Made by a program: the position numbers and the translations under genes. Of a DNA stretch of 64,000 nt, positions 42,263 through 51,014 are shown in pieces. Source of the stretch: a virus; IMG/VR virus record IMGVR_UViG_3300031237_000001, positions 4,181 to 68,180 of that record; one strand, 5' to 3'. The notes beneath the pieces were generated by a model. The model was not told where the DNA came from. It was given only the letters and a program-made list of their open reading frames with translations, and did not search any database. Position 1 is the first letter of the stretch; the number at the start of each line of letters is the position of its first letter.

Positions 42263-43264
42263 CTAGCCGAGGGTGCTTTGGGGCTTCAGGGTGATGAAGC
42301 GGTAGGAACCGCCGATACCCGCCGGACCTTCCAGGACCACCGAGGAGAAGATGAAGTTGTAGCTCACCGCAGCCCCGATCACACCTTCCGGGTCGGCGAT
42401 GGTAGCATTCTGCGGCCCGCCGGGGATGACCCGGATAGCGAACCGCTCCTTCGCCGGGTCCACGATGCGCTGCGGGCCACGACCTTCCAGGTCCACGGTG
42501 CCGACGCCGTTCTTCCCGAAGACGTACACCTTGTACGTATTCGGGCCGGCGGCCGTCTTCACGTTGGTCGATTCGATGACGCGGCACCCACCCCATACAG
42601 TAACCTGCCCGCGGTCCTCGTACTTGACCAGCGGCGAGTTCATGACGTTGGTGTTGTACTTGAAGGTGTCCGCCAAGCCCACGACCGTCGGGTCGTTGAC
42701 CAGGTCGAAGCTGACGAAGGGCGACATCACGACGAAGAAATTGCCATCGTCCATGGGCTGCACGTCTCGGTTGCTCAGGATGTGCTTGGCCGCCCGGATG
42801 TCGGCGCCCTTCAGCGTAGTCCCTGACAACAGGGCTTGGTTCGTCGAAGCGTCCTCGGCGTCGAAGACGTTCCGGGTGATGGTGTCCACGGAGAGACCGG
42901 CCTGGTAACCCAGCCGCTCACTCGCGTTCTGGACCGCCGGGTCGATGGCGGTGGACACGAGAAAGTCGCTCAGGTTGATGAAGGCCGAGTACTGAGAGAC
43001 CGTAGACTGCACGACGCGGGTTCCCACGGAGAGCGAGGTCCCCACGGTGCCCTCGGTCGTGGCCGTGGTATTCGCCGACAGGTTCTGGTAGCGGTACCAC
43101 TGCACGGTCTTGCCGCTCTGCTTGTCCACGGTGTCCTTCATACAGGGCTCGTGGAAGCGGAACTTCTTGGTCAGGATGTCCAGGCCCCTCTTCTTGTACA
43201 GAATCGCCTGAAGGTGCGGGAGACCCGCCGAGGTCGTCAAGTTTACAGCCGGTGCGTAAGCCAC
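42263..43264 (-). CDS. major capsid protein (N4-gp56-like HK97 fold)
   Basis: GKTVQW.RY..L...T...TEG, QY..F...SD, LGYQAG.SVD.I.R, DP...IG; SD AGGAGG; synteny. Confidence 0.85.
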   Translation of the reverse strand: MAYAPAVNLTTSAGLPHLQAILYKKRGLDILTKKFRFHEPCMKDTVDKQSGKTVQWYRYQNLSANTTATTEGTVGTSLSVGTRVVQSTVSQYSAFINLSDFLVSTAIDPAVQNASERLGYQAGLSVDTITRNVFDAEDASTNQALLSGTTLKGADIRAAKHILSNRDVQPMDDGNFFVVMSPFVSFDLVNDPTVVGLADTFKYNTNVMNSPLVKYEDRGQVTVWGGCRVIESTNVKTAAGPNTYKVYVFGKNGVGTVDLEGRGPQRIVDPAKERFAIRVIPGGPQNATIADPEGVIGAAVSYNFIFSSVVLEGPAGIGGSYRFITLKPQSTLG

Positions 43265-43376
43265 AGTCTAAAGCCTCCTGATAGCGGAGCGGCACAAGGC
43301 CATCCGCATCTCCTACTTCAAGGGTAGACTTCGCTGTGTGCCGCCCCGTCCGCTTTGGGCGGTGTTCAAGGAGGGG

Positions 43377-44270
43377 CTACTGACCGGGAGCGAAGAGGTG
43401 ACTCTGCTTGCGCAGGAACTCTTCCAGTTGTGGGGCCGTCATCTGCTCTGCCATGGAGACGAGGTCAGGGGGCGGCTCGGCCCCGCCACGTCCACCGAGA
43501 CTGGGCGGCGGTAAGGCGCGGCCCCCGCCGAAGCCTCCGAGGCCGTACTGCTGAATGGATGCGGGCGGCTGGTTGACCTGTGGCTGGGCGTACGGAGACT
43601 GTGCCGGCTGCGTCGGCGCCTGCCCTGGAACCGCGTCCTGCCGGGGCTGAAGCTGAAGCGCCCCACGATTAGCCGCGACGAGATAGGCGGCTTCGAGCCC
43701 GTCCACGGTATAGGGCAGGTTCAAGTAGGCCCGGGTCTGATTGATGATTGAAGCATTCTGCTGGTTCGGGATGAACTCGGGATGCAGGTCCTTGAAGCGC
43801 CCGGCGACCATGGCTTCCTGGGTCTGCGTCATCATCTGCGCCGCCTGCACGAGGTCCTCGATGCCAACGCCGTACTTCTCCCGCAGTGCGTAGTTGATGC
43901 CCTCAGCCGGGTCCTGCTTCAACCGCTCGACGAAGGTTTCGAGGTCCGGCCCCTTCGGCGGGGCGGCCGGTGTCTGCGCCGGCTGGGGCGTCTGGGCCTG
44001 AGCCTGCGCGGCCTGGATAGCCGCCTGACTCTCCTGGACGACCTTCTGAATCGCCTCCCCGAGCTGCTTCTCGTCGGCGAACTCATAGACCTGCCCGCCG
44101 ACGGGTACTTTCAAGGTCGTTGACGCGGGTACCGGGGGAAGCGCGTTGGGGTCGACCGCCGCCTGACCAGGCTGTGGCGTGGTGAGAATCTTCTGCATCT
44201 CCTGGCGGATCAGGTCGGTCAGGGCGTCGGCTTGCGGGGTACCGTTGTTCGGCAGGGCGGGTGAAGTCAT
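43377..44270 (-). CDS. capsid scaffolding protein
   Basis: P/Q/A-rich, KV.VGGQ, F...HPEF, terminal helix; between portal and MCP. Confidence 0.65.
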   Translation of the reverse strand: MTSPALPNNGTPQADALTDLIRQEMQKILTTPQPGQAAVDPNALPPVPASTTLKVPVGGQVYEFADEKQLGEAIQKVVQESQAAIQAAQAQAQTPQPAQTPAAPPKGPDLETFVERLKQDPAEGINYALREKYGVGIEDLVQAAQMMTQTQEAMVAGRFKDLHPEFIPNQQNASIINQTRAYLNLPYTVDGLEAAYLVAANRGALQLQPRQDAVPGQAPTQPAQSPYAQPQVNQPPASIQQYGLGGFGGGRALPPPSLGGRGGAEPPPDLVSMAEQMTAPQLEEFLRKQSHLFAPGQ

Positions 44271-44378
44271 TTAACTCAGTCTCCTTAAAAGTGCAAGGGC
44301 AGGTTCGCGGCCGGGAGCATCCCGCTCCAGGAAATTCTTCTCGGTCACCTGCCCCACGTCCATTCTACACGACCGTCT

Positions 44379-44750
44379 TCATTCACTTTCCTGTGCGGCG
44401 GCGGCTTCTCTCAACTCGTGGTAACGTCGCAGCGTCGCTAAGATCTGGGCCTTGGCCGACGGGGACGCGGTCTCCTCGGTCACGCCGTCCGGCTCCTTCG
44501 CTCGGGCCTCCTCCTCCAGGTCCTCGGCGAGAGCCTCGGGCGTCCATTTGAGTAAGGCGGCGACTTCGCGTAGAGCCTGCCACTTGGCGAGGATGCGCAG
44601 AGCTTTAGGACCATCCTCCTCGGCGTCGAGACGATCCGCCGTCCAGTCGATCCGGGCCTGCAAGGCGTCCAGTAAAAGGGGCCAGCCGGGCGTGTACTTC
44701 AACTCGACGACAGCCTGTTTCTGTTCGGGGGTCAGCGCGACGCTCGTCAC
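44379..44750 (-). CDS. conserved small protein downstream of portal
   Basis: L..TPGW.LL motif; synteny. Confidence 0.65.
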   Translation of the reverse strand: MTSVALTPEQKQAVVELKYTPGWPLLLDALQARIDWTADRLDAEEDGPKALRILAKWQALREVAALLKWTPEALAEDLEEEARAKEPDGVTEETASPSAKAQILATLRRYHELREAAAAQESE

Positions 44751-44762
44751 TGACCCATTTTA

Positions 44763-47060
44763 CTACTTGGGTTTTCGGCTCGATTGGGCCGGGGCCTTCG
44801 TCGTCCGCGCCCGCCCGATCTTCGCCGCAGCCTTGGCCTTGGCCTCGCCGGTGACGCGCTCCGTCTCCACCTTCTGTTCGTTCATCCGGCTCTGCATCTG
44901 CGCGTCCATCTGCGCCTGCATCATCTGCTGCCGGGCCGAGTTGACGAAGTCCATGTGCCCCAGAGCCATCGCTTGCTGGCCCTTAGCCGCTTCGAGCTGC
45001 ATGGACTGCCTGCCCTTGGCCATCTCGAAGTCCATCTTCTGCCGCTGGGCCGCCGCATCCAGGACCATCTTCTGCTGGGCCGTGGTCAGTTCCATTTCGG
45101 CCAGGGCCTTCTCGATACCGAACTCCATGATGGACTTCTGCATTTCCATCTGGGCCTTCTGCGTCTCGATCTGAGCCTGCATCGGGTCGGCCTGCTTGGC
45201 GATGAGCGCCTTCTGAATGTCGCCCTTGACCTTCTCCTGGACGGCGACGATTTTCTTGTCGGCCATTTGAAGCCGGGTCTGAGCGTCCATCTGAGCCTTC
45301 TCGCGGGCCGCGACGACTTCGGGCGGCGGCTGCTTCCTCGCCTCGACCTCCTCCTCGGTCATCTTCCGAACGAGGTTGTAGTTGCGTCCGACGCCGGTCG
45401 AGTCCTTCAGCATCGTCAGCATCTCGTCCCAGTCGATGGTCTTCTTAACCCGGGCGAGCTCCGACATGAACGGTCCCTGAACGAGGAACTGCATGAGGAA
45501 GGGGAAGGTCGCGGCCAACTTCTGCTGCGTATTCACCCGGCTGGCGGCCGACATCTTGAAGCGTACCGGTTCTCTAAGGACCTCGCCCCGGACGAAGGTG
45601 GTGCGGCCTCCGTCTCGCGCCGGTAAGAACTGATTCGGCTCGGTGTGAACGCGCATCATCGCGTACATCTTCGTCAGCATGGGTACGATCAGGTAGTCCT
45701 CAATGTTCTTGATGATGTAGCTGATACGACCGGCCCCGCCCTGGAGCTGCGCATCGACCCCGCCCTTCGTCCGGTTCACGTTCCCCGGTCGAGGCACGCC
45801 CATGCCCATGGAGTTGACGCCGGTTCTCCTCTCAGCCAGCATAGATAGGTACTCGACTTCGGGGAAGACGTTCAGCAGTTGGCCCGCAGGCATGAGGACC
45901 TGCATGTCGTCGGCCGCTTCCATGGAGTAGAGGGCGCCGGGCCGCCATCGCTGTTGGGACGGCGTCAGCATCCCGTTCCGCTTCATCGACCGCGGCGGGT
46001 GGATTCGCAGGCTGACCTCGTCCAGGTGATTGTTCATCAGCCCTTCGATGTACCGTTGATTGCCCTCGTTCATGTCGGCGAGGCAGGAGGCGTAGAAGCG
46101 GCCCGGTACGATGTAGCACGGCGCGATAGCGAAGGGGATGAAGCCATACGGATTCTCTATGTTCAGGGCGACCCAGACGCGGTTGAGCACCCACGTTATT
46201 CTGGACTTCGTGTACCGAATGAGTACCTCGACTTTGCGCTCAGAAGGAACCGGCGAGAAGTTCTCCGTCCCCGGATGGTAAGCGACGCCCCTCATCGCCT
46301 CCGCGTACTGCTTCGTCGTATCCGCGTTCGAGATCGGCGTCGTCCGTGAGAGATAGGCAAGGACTGCACGAGACGGGATCTTCAGGCGCGAATCCCCGGC
46401 CTTCATCTCTTCTAGGTCATCGAGACTGACCGTGCGACGCCAGATGACCGACCGGGCCTCGTCCACATTGGGCGTCGGACATGTCGGGTCCACGTAAATG
46501 TCCCGAATGTCCACCCACTCTGGCTTCGGCAGGCTGGCCGAGCCGTCCCAGGCGAGGTGGACGCCACCGTTCCCATACTGCAAGATCTCGTGAATCGCCA
46601 GGTTCAGCTCGGCCATGCCGGTCAGTCCCGAGGGACCCTTCGCGTGTTCCAGGGCGTACTTCAGGACCGCCTTGATCTGCCGGCCCCGCTTCTGCTCCCC
46701 AATCTCGTCGAACTCGGCGTCCACGGAGAACCAGTCGTCGTCCCCGTTAGCTGTGACCGCCGCGTTGATGAAGGGCAGGGCCGAGAGAATCTGGTCGAAG
46801 ACGAGAGGCATTCCCAAGGAGCTGCGCGGTATGCCAGTGCCCTCCCAGACCTTCGGGGGAACCCAACCCCAGTAGAGACTATCGTTATTGTTCCAGCGCC
46901 GGTCGTGGTTCAGTGTGCGGAACGTCTCATACTTGAAGAAGTTCTGGAGAACCTCCTGAAGCGCATACTGGTCGGTGACGCTCTCCTGGAGGAGACGCAG
47001 GTCCTCCGACTCTAAGTTGACGGCGGGCAGGGTGGGAGGTGCAGTCTCGACGGCGGGCAT
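44763..47060 (-). CDS. portal protein (P22-like with coiled-coil barrel)
   Basis: YGNG, DIYVDP, NPY..IPF, PGRFY, TGVN, C-terminal Q/M/A coiled coil. Confidence 0.85.
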   Translation of the reverse strand: MPAVETAPPTLPAVNLESEDLRLLQESVTDQYALQEVLQNFFKYETFRTLNHDRRWNNNDSLYWGWVPPKVWEGTGIPRSSLGMPLVFDQILSALPFINAAVTANGDDDWFSVDAEFDEIGEQKRGRQIKAVLKYALEHAKGPSGLTGMAELNLAIHEILQYGNGGVHLAWDGSASLPKPEWVDIRDIYVDPTCPTPNVDEARSVIWRRTVSLDDLEEMKAGDSRLKIPSRAVLAYLSRTTPISNADTTKQYAEAMRGVAYHPGTENFSPVPSERKVEVLIRYTKSRITWVLNRVWVALNIENPYGFIPFAIAPCYIVPGRFYASCLADMNEGNQRYIEGLMNNHLDEVSLRIHPPRSMKRNGMLTPSQQRWRPGALYSMEAADDMQVLMPAGQLLNVFPEVEYLSMLAERRTGVNSMGMGVPRPGNVNRTKGGVDAQLQGGAGRISYIIKNIEDYLIVPMLTKMYAMMRVHTEPNQFLPARDGGRTTFVRGEVLREPVRFKMSAASRVNTQQKLAATFPFLMQFLVQGPFMSELARVKKTIDWDEMLTMLKDSTGVGRNYNLVRKMTEEEVEARKQPPPEVVAAREKAQMDAQTRLQMADKKIVAVQEKVKGDIQKALIAKQADPMQAQIETQKAQMEMQKSIMEFGIEKALAEMELTTAQQKMVLDAAAQRQKMDFEMAKGRQSMQLEAAKGQQAMALGHMDFVNSARQQMMQAQMDAQMQSRMNEQKVETERVTGEAKAKAAAKIGRARTTKAPAQSSRKPK

Positions 47061-47106
47061 GTGGGCTCACCCCATTCTACCCGTCGTTGCGCGGGCACTC
47101 GTAGAC

Positions 47107-48984
47107 CTAGAAGCCGGTACGGTTGACGTAGAAGGAGTCGTAAGGACCGGGGAAGACGCCGGGCGGCGCGACATCAGCGTAGATCTTGTCCAGGGGCTCC
47201 TGACCGGTCAGCCGCTCCCAAGCGTCCTGAATGTACTGCTGCCGACGTGATAGTAGAGGGATGCGCCCTTTAACGCCTTCTCTCTGGGCCGTGCGACCGA
47301 ACCAGTCGCGCCCCTGGAAGATGTCCGAAAGAGCGTCGAGCATGTCGTCGTGCTCGGTGACGCCGAAGCCGGTCATCTCCCTTTTTAACCAAGTCAGCGT
47401 CTGACAGAACGTGCAGGTCCCGCCTCGTGGTCCGTCCTCAGTCGTGCGGCACGAGCACATGTCCACGAAGATAATGTCCTTGTGCCGGTACCACGGCTGC
47501 AACGTGTTGAGTATCCTCTCCTGTTTCCTCTGCGTATTGTCCCGCTTGAGCAGCTCCCAGGGTATCCAGTACTTGGGCTGGTCCGGGTGCGTGTCCTGCT
47601 CCCGCCGGAAGCCGGTCATGAGTCCCCGGTTGAAGCTGACATCCTCTATCTTGACCTTGTCGGGCGCCCAGGCTTCGTTCAGACGGAAGACCAGGTCGAT
47701 GACCTGATCCGGGTTCATCTTCTCCCGAATCATCGTCACGACGTAGGGCAGGCCGTCCTCGCCCCAGCCGACGACGAAGGCGGCGGTCGCGTTGCTGCGA
47801 GGCCCGGCGGTCTCGCTGGTGTCGATACTCATCTCGTAGGAGGTGATCCTCACGTGCTGGAGGAAGTACTTCTGCGGGATGAACCGGGGGTAGTTCAGCT
47901 TCTCGTCCCAGGGAAAGGGCGAGAAGAGGTACTCCGACGGGCAGTTAAGCTGCTGGGCCGGGAAGTTCTCGCTTCTCAGCGGGTCCAGGCGCTTCGCTTC
48001 CAGGGCCTCGACCGGGAACCGCTCGGGCCACCAGGGCTGCCGGCGCAGGTCCGGTTCCTTCTCCGGGTCCTTTGGGGCCGGCTTCGTCTCGTCCAGCAGG
48101 TAAGGTAAATCGAGCTCGTCGGGGGTGAACTGCTGTGGCCTGCCGTCCGGCGTCCGCTTCTTGTAGCAGCCTCGTGCATGGATCGTCCACTGCTTCTTCT
48201 CCGGCGGTCGCTTCGCCTCCTCGACGATGATCGTCCCGTAGAGGTCCTCCTCGTGGTAGCGCGTACCCTCTACGTCGATCCAGCCGTCGAAGCGCACGAG
48301 CAGGTTCTCCATCATGGCGAAGCTGCGGATGATCGAGCGGTTCTGCTCGACCGACTTCGAGTTGTTCTCCTCGACCACATCGGAGAACTTCATCACGTCG
48401 TAGTGGTAACCCGCCGTCCCTTTATCAATGGAGGCCGTCATCACCGTAGCCTCTTTGCGGATCACGCCGCGGCCCCGCGCTTCGGACGTGAACTGCGCCC
48501 GCGTCCCCCAGTCGAGGACCTTCTTCTGCGGGCAGTGCTCAGGGAAGAGGGCGCGGAAACGCGGGTTCGCCTGGAAGTGCCGCTTGACCTCGAAGAGGAA
48601 GTCCTCGGCCTTACCGTTCGTCGCCTGAACGACGAGCATGGCGATGTCCGGGTAGTTAATGATCCATTGGATCGTGTGGGCCGCCACGTTGATCGTCGTC
48701 TTCAGATGGCCCCGGGGGTCCAGGATGAGCAGGCGCCGCTTCTCAGACGGCAGGCTGTACAGAGGTACCAGAGGCGTGTACATCCAACGGCCGTCGAAGA
48801 TGTCGTTGGCCGCGAACTGAGCGCGATTGGGGCGGGGGAACTTCTGGAGCCGGTCCAGGAAGGGATGGACCTCTCGTTTAACGTCCGTGTAGCCGAGGAC
48901 CTCTCTACAGAGCCACTCTAGGTCGGTCCTGGCCCGCCACCTCTGGACCTTCCAGGCGTCGATCTCTTTTTGCGTCAGGGCCAT
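47107..48984 (-). CDS. terL: terminase large subunit
   Basis: PRGHLKTT, G.HYD...D, GTRYH.EDLYG, WPERF, IDTS, HDD.LDAL. Confidence 0.9.
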   Translation of the reverse strand: MALTQKEIDAWKVQRWRARTDLEWLCREVLGYTDVKREVHPFLDRLQKFPRPNRAQFAANDIFDGRWMYTPLVPLYSLPSEKRRLLILDPRGHLKTTINVAAHTIQWIINYPDIAMLVVQATNGKAEDFLFEVKRHFQANPRFRALFPEHCPQKKVLDWGTRAQFTSEARGRGVIRKEATVMTASIDKGTAGYHYDVMKFSDVVEENNSKSVEQNRSIIRSFAMMENLLVRFDGWIDVEGTRYHEEDLYGTIIVEEAKRPPEKKQWTIHARGCYKKRTPDGRPQQFTPDELDLPYLLDETKPAPKDPEKEPDLRRQPWWPERFPVEALEAKRLDPLRSENFPAQQLNCPSEYLFSPFPWDEKLNYPRFIPQKYFLQHVRITSYEMSIDTSETAGPRSNATAAFVVGWGEDGLPYVVTMIREKMNPDQVIDLVFRLNEAWAPDKVKIEDVSFNRGLMTGFRREQDTHPDQPKYWIPWELLKRDNTQRKQERILNTLQPWYRHKDIIFVDMCSCRTTEDGPRGGTCTFCQTLTWLKREMTGFGVTEHDDMLDALSDIFQGRDWFGRTAQREGVKGRIPLLSRRQQYIQDAWERLTGQEPLDKIYADVAPPGVFPGPYDSFYVNRTGF

Positions 48985-48999
48985 GTTGAGGACGCCAGC

Positions 49000-49260
49000 C
49001 TAACCCCCAATTCCGATTGTCGATGAAGTCCCAGAGGCTGGTGTCGTCGTCTTCCCACATAGATCGATCTCTCCCAGCTCCGAGCCTAGTCTCGCCGGGT
49101 CGTCCCCCGGTTCGGCGGCGGGCAAGTCCATGTAGGCCAGTAGCTTCTGGAGAGTGTCGATGCTACCCAGAGTGGCGTTCAACTCGGCAAGCTGACGCCC
49201 TTTAGTATCAGCAAGTTGCGCGAGGCCATCGACGAGTAAGGCGCGTGTTATCTGCGGCAT
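49000..49260 (-). CDS. small hypothetical protein
   Basis: -10 motif 5 nt upstream of ATG; short coil. Confidence 0.55.
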   Translation of the reverse strand: MPQITRALLVDGLAQLADTKGRQLAELNATLGSIDTLQKLLAYMDLPAAEPGDDPARLGSELGEIDLCGKTTTPASGTSSTIGIGG

Positions 49261-49302
49261 ACCCCATTTTACACGCTCGGTTTACACGCGGGCCTGAGTA
49301 AA

Positions 49303-49911
49303 CTAGGAGAAGTTCGGCTTCCGCCACCCTTCGACGGTGACTTCCAGGCCGGTCGCCGAGGCGTAGAAGACGGCGCCCTCCTCACACTTCTCAGGCGGCC
49401 GGTAACCTTCCGGTGGGTTCGGTGACGGCGCCGTGTTGGCCGCAACCGAGAAGGCTTGGTACCTGTAGTTCGGTCCCGTCGGCGTCGTCCCGCCGTCCAG
49501 GTTGTCGGTCAGGTTGAAGGTGATCGCCCCGCCAGTCGTGTTGTTCAGTCGCGTCTTCACGAGCCAGATGTCCCGCGAAGAGACGATGCCCCCGGTGGAG
49601 GAAGCCTTGGCCGACGTACCGTTGACCGTGTAGGCCCCGTTACCCGCCACGTTCGTCCCGTCCAGGTGCGTCAACTCATAGTCGTTGACCGTCTTGTTGG
49701 CTACGAGCCGCCAGCCGTTGGCCGCCGTGTTCCCTTCAACTGCGGCGACGAGGATGAGGTCACCATTCGAGTAGCCGTGCCCCGCCGACGTGATGACGAT
49801 GGGAGTCGCGTTGGTCGCCCCGGTAATCGCCTTGGTCGCGGCGAGGGTCGGTGCGTTGACCCTCACCCGCACGAACTGCTCAGGTACGTTGACGCCGTCG
49901 ATGTGAGGCAT
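49303..49911 (-). CDS. virion protein with E1-FCCH-like beta domain
   Basis: ITGATNATPIVITSAGHGYSNGD...V.GNTAANG...GNGAYT; SD GGAGG. Confidence 0.65.
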   Translation of the reverse strand: MPHIDGVNVPEQFVRVRVNAPTLAATKAITGATNATPIVITSAGHGYSNGDLILVAAVEGNTAANGWRLVANKTVNDYELTHLDGTNVAGNGAYTVNGTSAKASSTGGIVSSRDIWLVKTRLNNTTGGAITFNLTDNLDGGTTPTGPNYRYQAFSVAANTAPSPNPPEGYRPPEKCEEGAVFYASATGLEVTVEGWRKPNFS

Positions 49912-49925
49912 AGTTAGCCAGCCTC

Positions 49926-50543
49926 CTACGCCGCGTAAAGCTGAATGTGATACTCGGTGCCGTTGGCGATGACCTTGATAGTCCCCGACTTCGCGTTCCC
50001 CGTCTTGTCCGCGTTGGTCGTCATCGAGTGAGTGCCCAGAGCCTCGGAGAACTTCAAAAGCCCGTCCCAAGCCTGGCTGCCCTCGTGATTCACGATCTTG
50101 GCGAAGACGATGTGCCCCGTCGGGTTCGTCGATACCTCCGAGCGAACTCGGATGAAACAGACATCGCCGCCGATGACGTGGGCCGCGGCGGTTGCCCCAG
50201 CATACATGTTCAGGCCGCGCATGTCGCTGGTCACGGTGGTAGCGCCCGAGCCCTTCAGCTCGAAGTCGATGCCGAGGCCGTTGACAGTGGCCGCCGAGAT
50301 AGCTGAGGCGATACGCGGCTTGATCTGCCCGCCGAAGACCTCGCCGGTCGTAGTGACTGTCTGATTCGGCGTCACTGAGAAGGCGATGGTGTCACCCGAC
50401 GCCTGCACGTAATCCTTGGAGTTCAGCTTGATCTGCTTGTTGTCGTTGACCGTCTCCAACTCCATGTGTTGGTTGATGCCCGAGTCGGTCTTCCCAGTGA
50501 TGCTGTGGGGGATCGTCGCCCCCGGCTTCTTTCCAGTAGCCAT
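49926..50543 (-). CDS. beta-rich tail fibre-like protein
   Basis: C-terminal GTIKVIANGTEYHIQLY fibre-tip motif; SD GAGGAG. Confidence 0.6.
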   Translation of the reverse strand: MATGKKPGATIPHSITGKTDSGINQHMELETVNDNKQIKLNSKDYVQASGDTIAFSVTPNQTVTTTGEVFGGQIKPRIASAISAATVNGLGIDFELKGSGATTVTSDMRGLNMYAGATAAAHVIGGDVCFIRVRSEVSTNPTGHIVFAKIVNHEGSQAWDGLLKFSEALGTHSMTTNADKTGNAKSGTIKVIANGTEYHIQLYAA

Positions 50544-50584
50544 TTAACTAAGTCTCCTCTTCAACCCATTTTACGCAGCCGCTA

Positions 50585-50815
50585 TCAGGGCTCCGTCCCG
50601 CCGCAGTCCGTCACGGAAGTCTCCCCGCGCTCAATAGTGATGAACGCAATGGGCATGTTCACCGTTATCTGACTGCCCAGGAGGTCCTCCGTGATCTCGC
50701 CGTCCGGGCACGTTCCCGAACCGCCCGAAGCGATGACCTCCGGCGCCAAACCGAGGAGGAGCAGGCCGGGAAGGGCCAGGGACGTACCGAGCATCGCGCC
50801 TGAAGGTGTCGCCAT
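50585..50815 (-). CDS. small virion-region protein
   Basis: SD GGAGGAGG. Confidence 0.55.
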   Translation of the reverse strand: MATPSGAMLGTSLALPGLLLLGLAPEVIASGGSGTCPDGEITEDLLGSQITVNMPIAFITIERGETSVTDCGGTEP

Positions 50816-50835
50816 GTTACCTCCTCCTCTCCGTA

Positions 50836-51012
50836 CTAAACGACCAAAGGCATGTTGACGATGTTCGCGGCGATGACGACGGCCGGCGGGATGACGCCGG
50901 CGGCGCCCATCTCGACTAAAGGCTGACCCTCGAACCAGTAGACGAAGGCCCCGTCGCTCTCGTCGCTGCCAAAAGGCTGCCCTTCATACCAGAAGGCTAA
51001 GTTCGCTGCCAT
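50836..51012 (-). CDS. small virion-region protein
   Basis: MAANLAFWYEGQPF...VYWFEGQPL (internal repeat), translated by hand. Confidence 0.5.
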   Translation of the reverse strand: MAANLAFWYEGQPFGSDESDGAFVYWFEGQPLVEMGAAGVIPPAVVIAANIVNMPLVV

Positions 51013-51014
51013 AC

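Noticed and set aside
48370-48410. Terminase inactivated by Walker B reading MKFSDVVE
   Set aside because: All other ATPase and nuclease motifs are intact; a lineage-specific variant is more likely.
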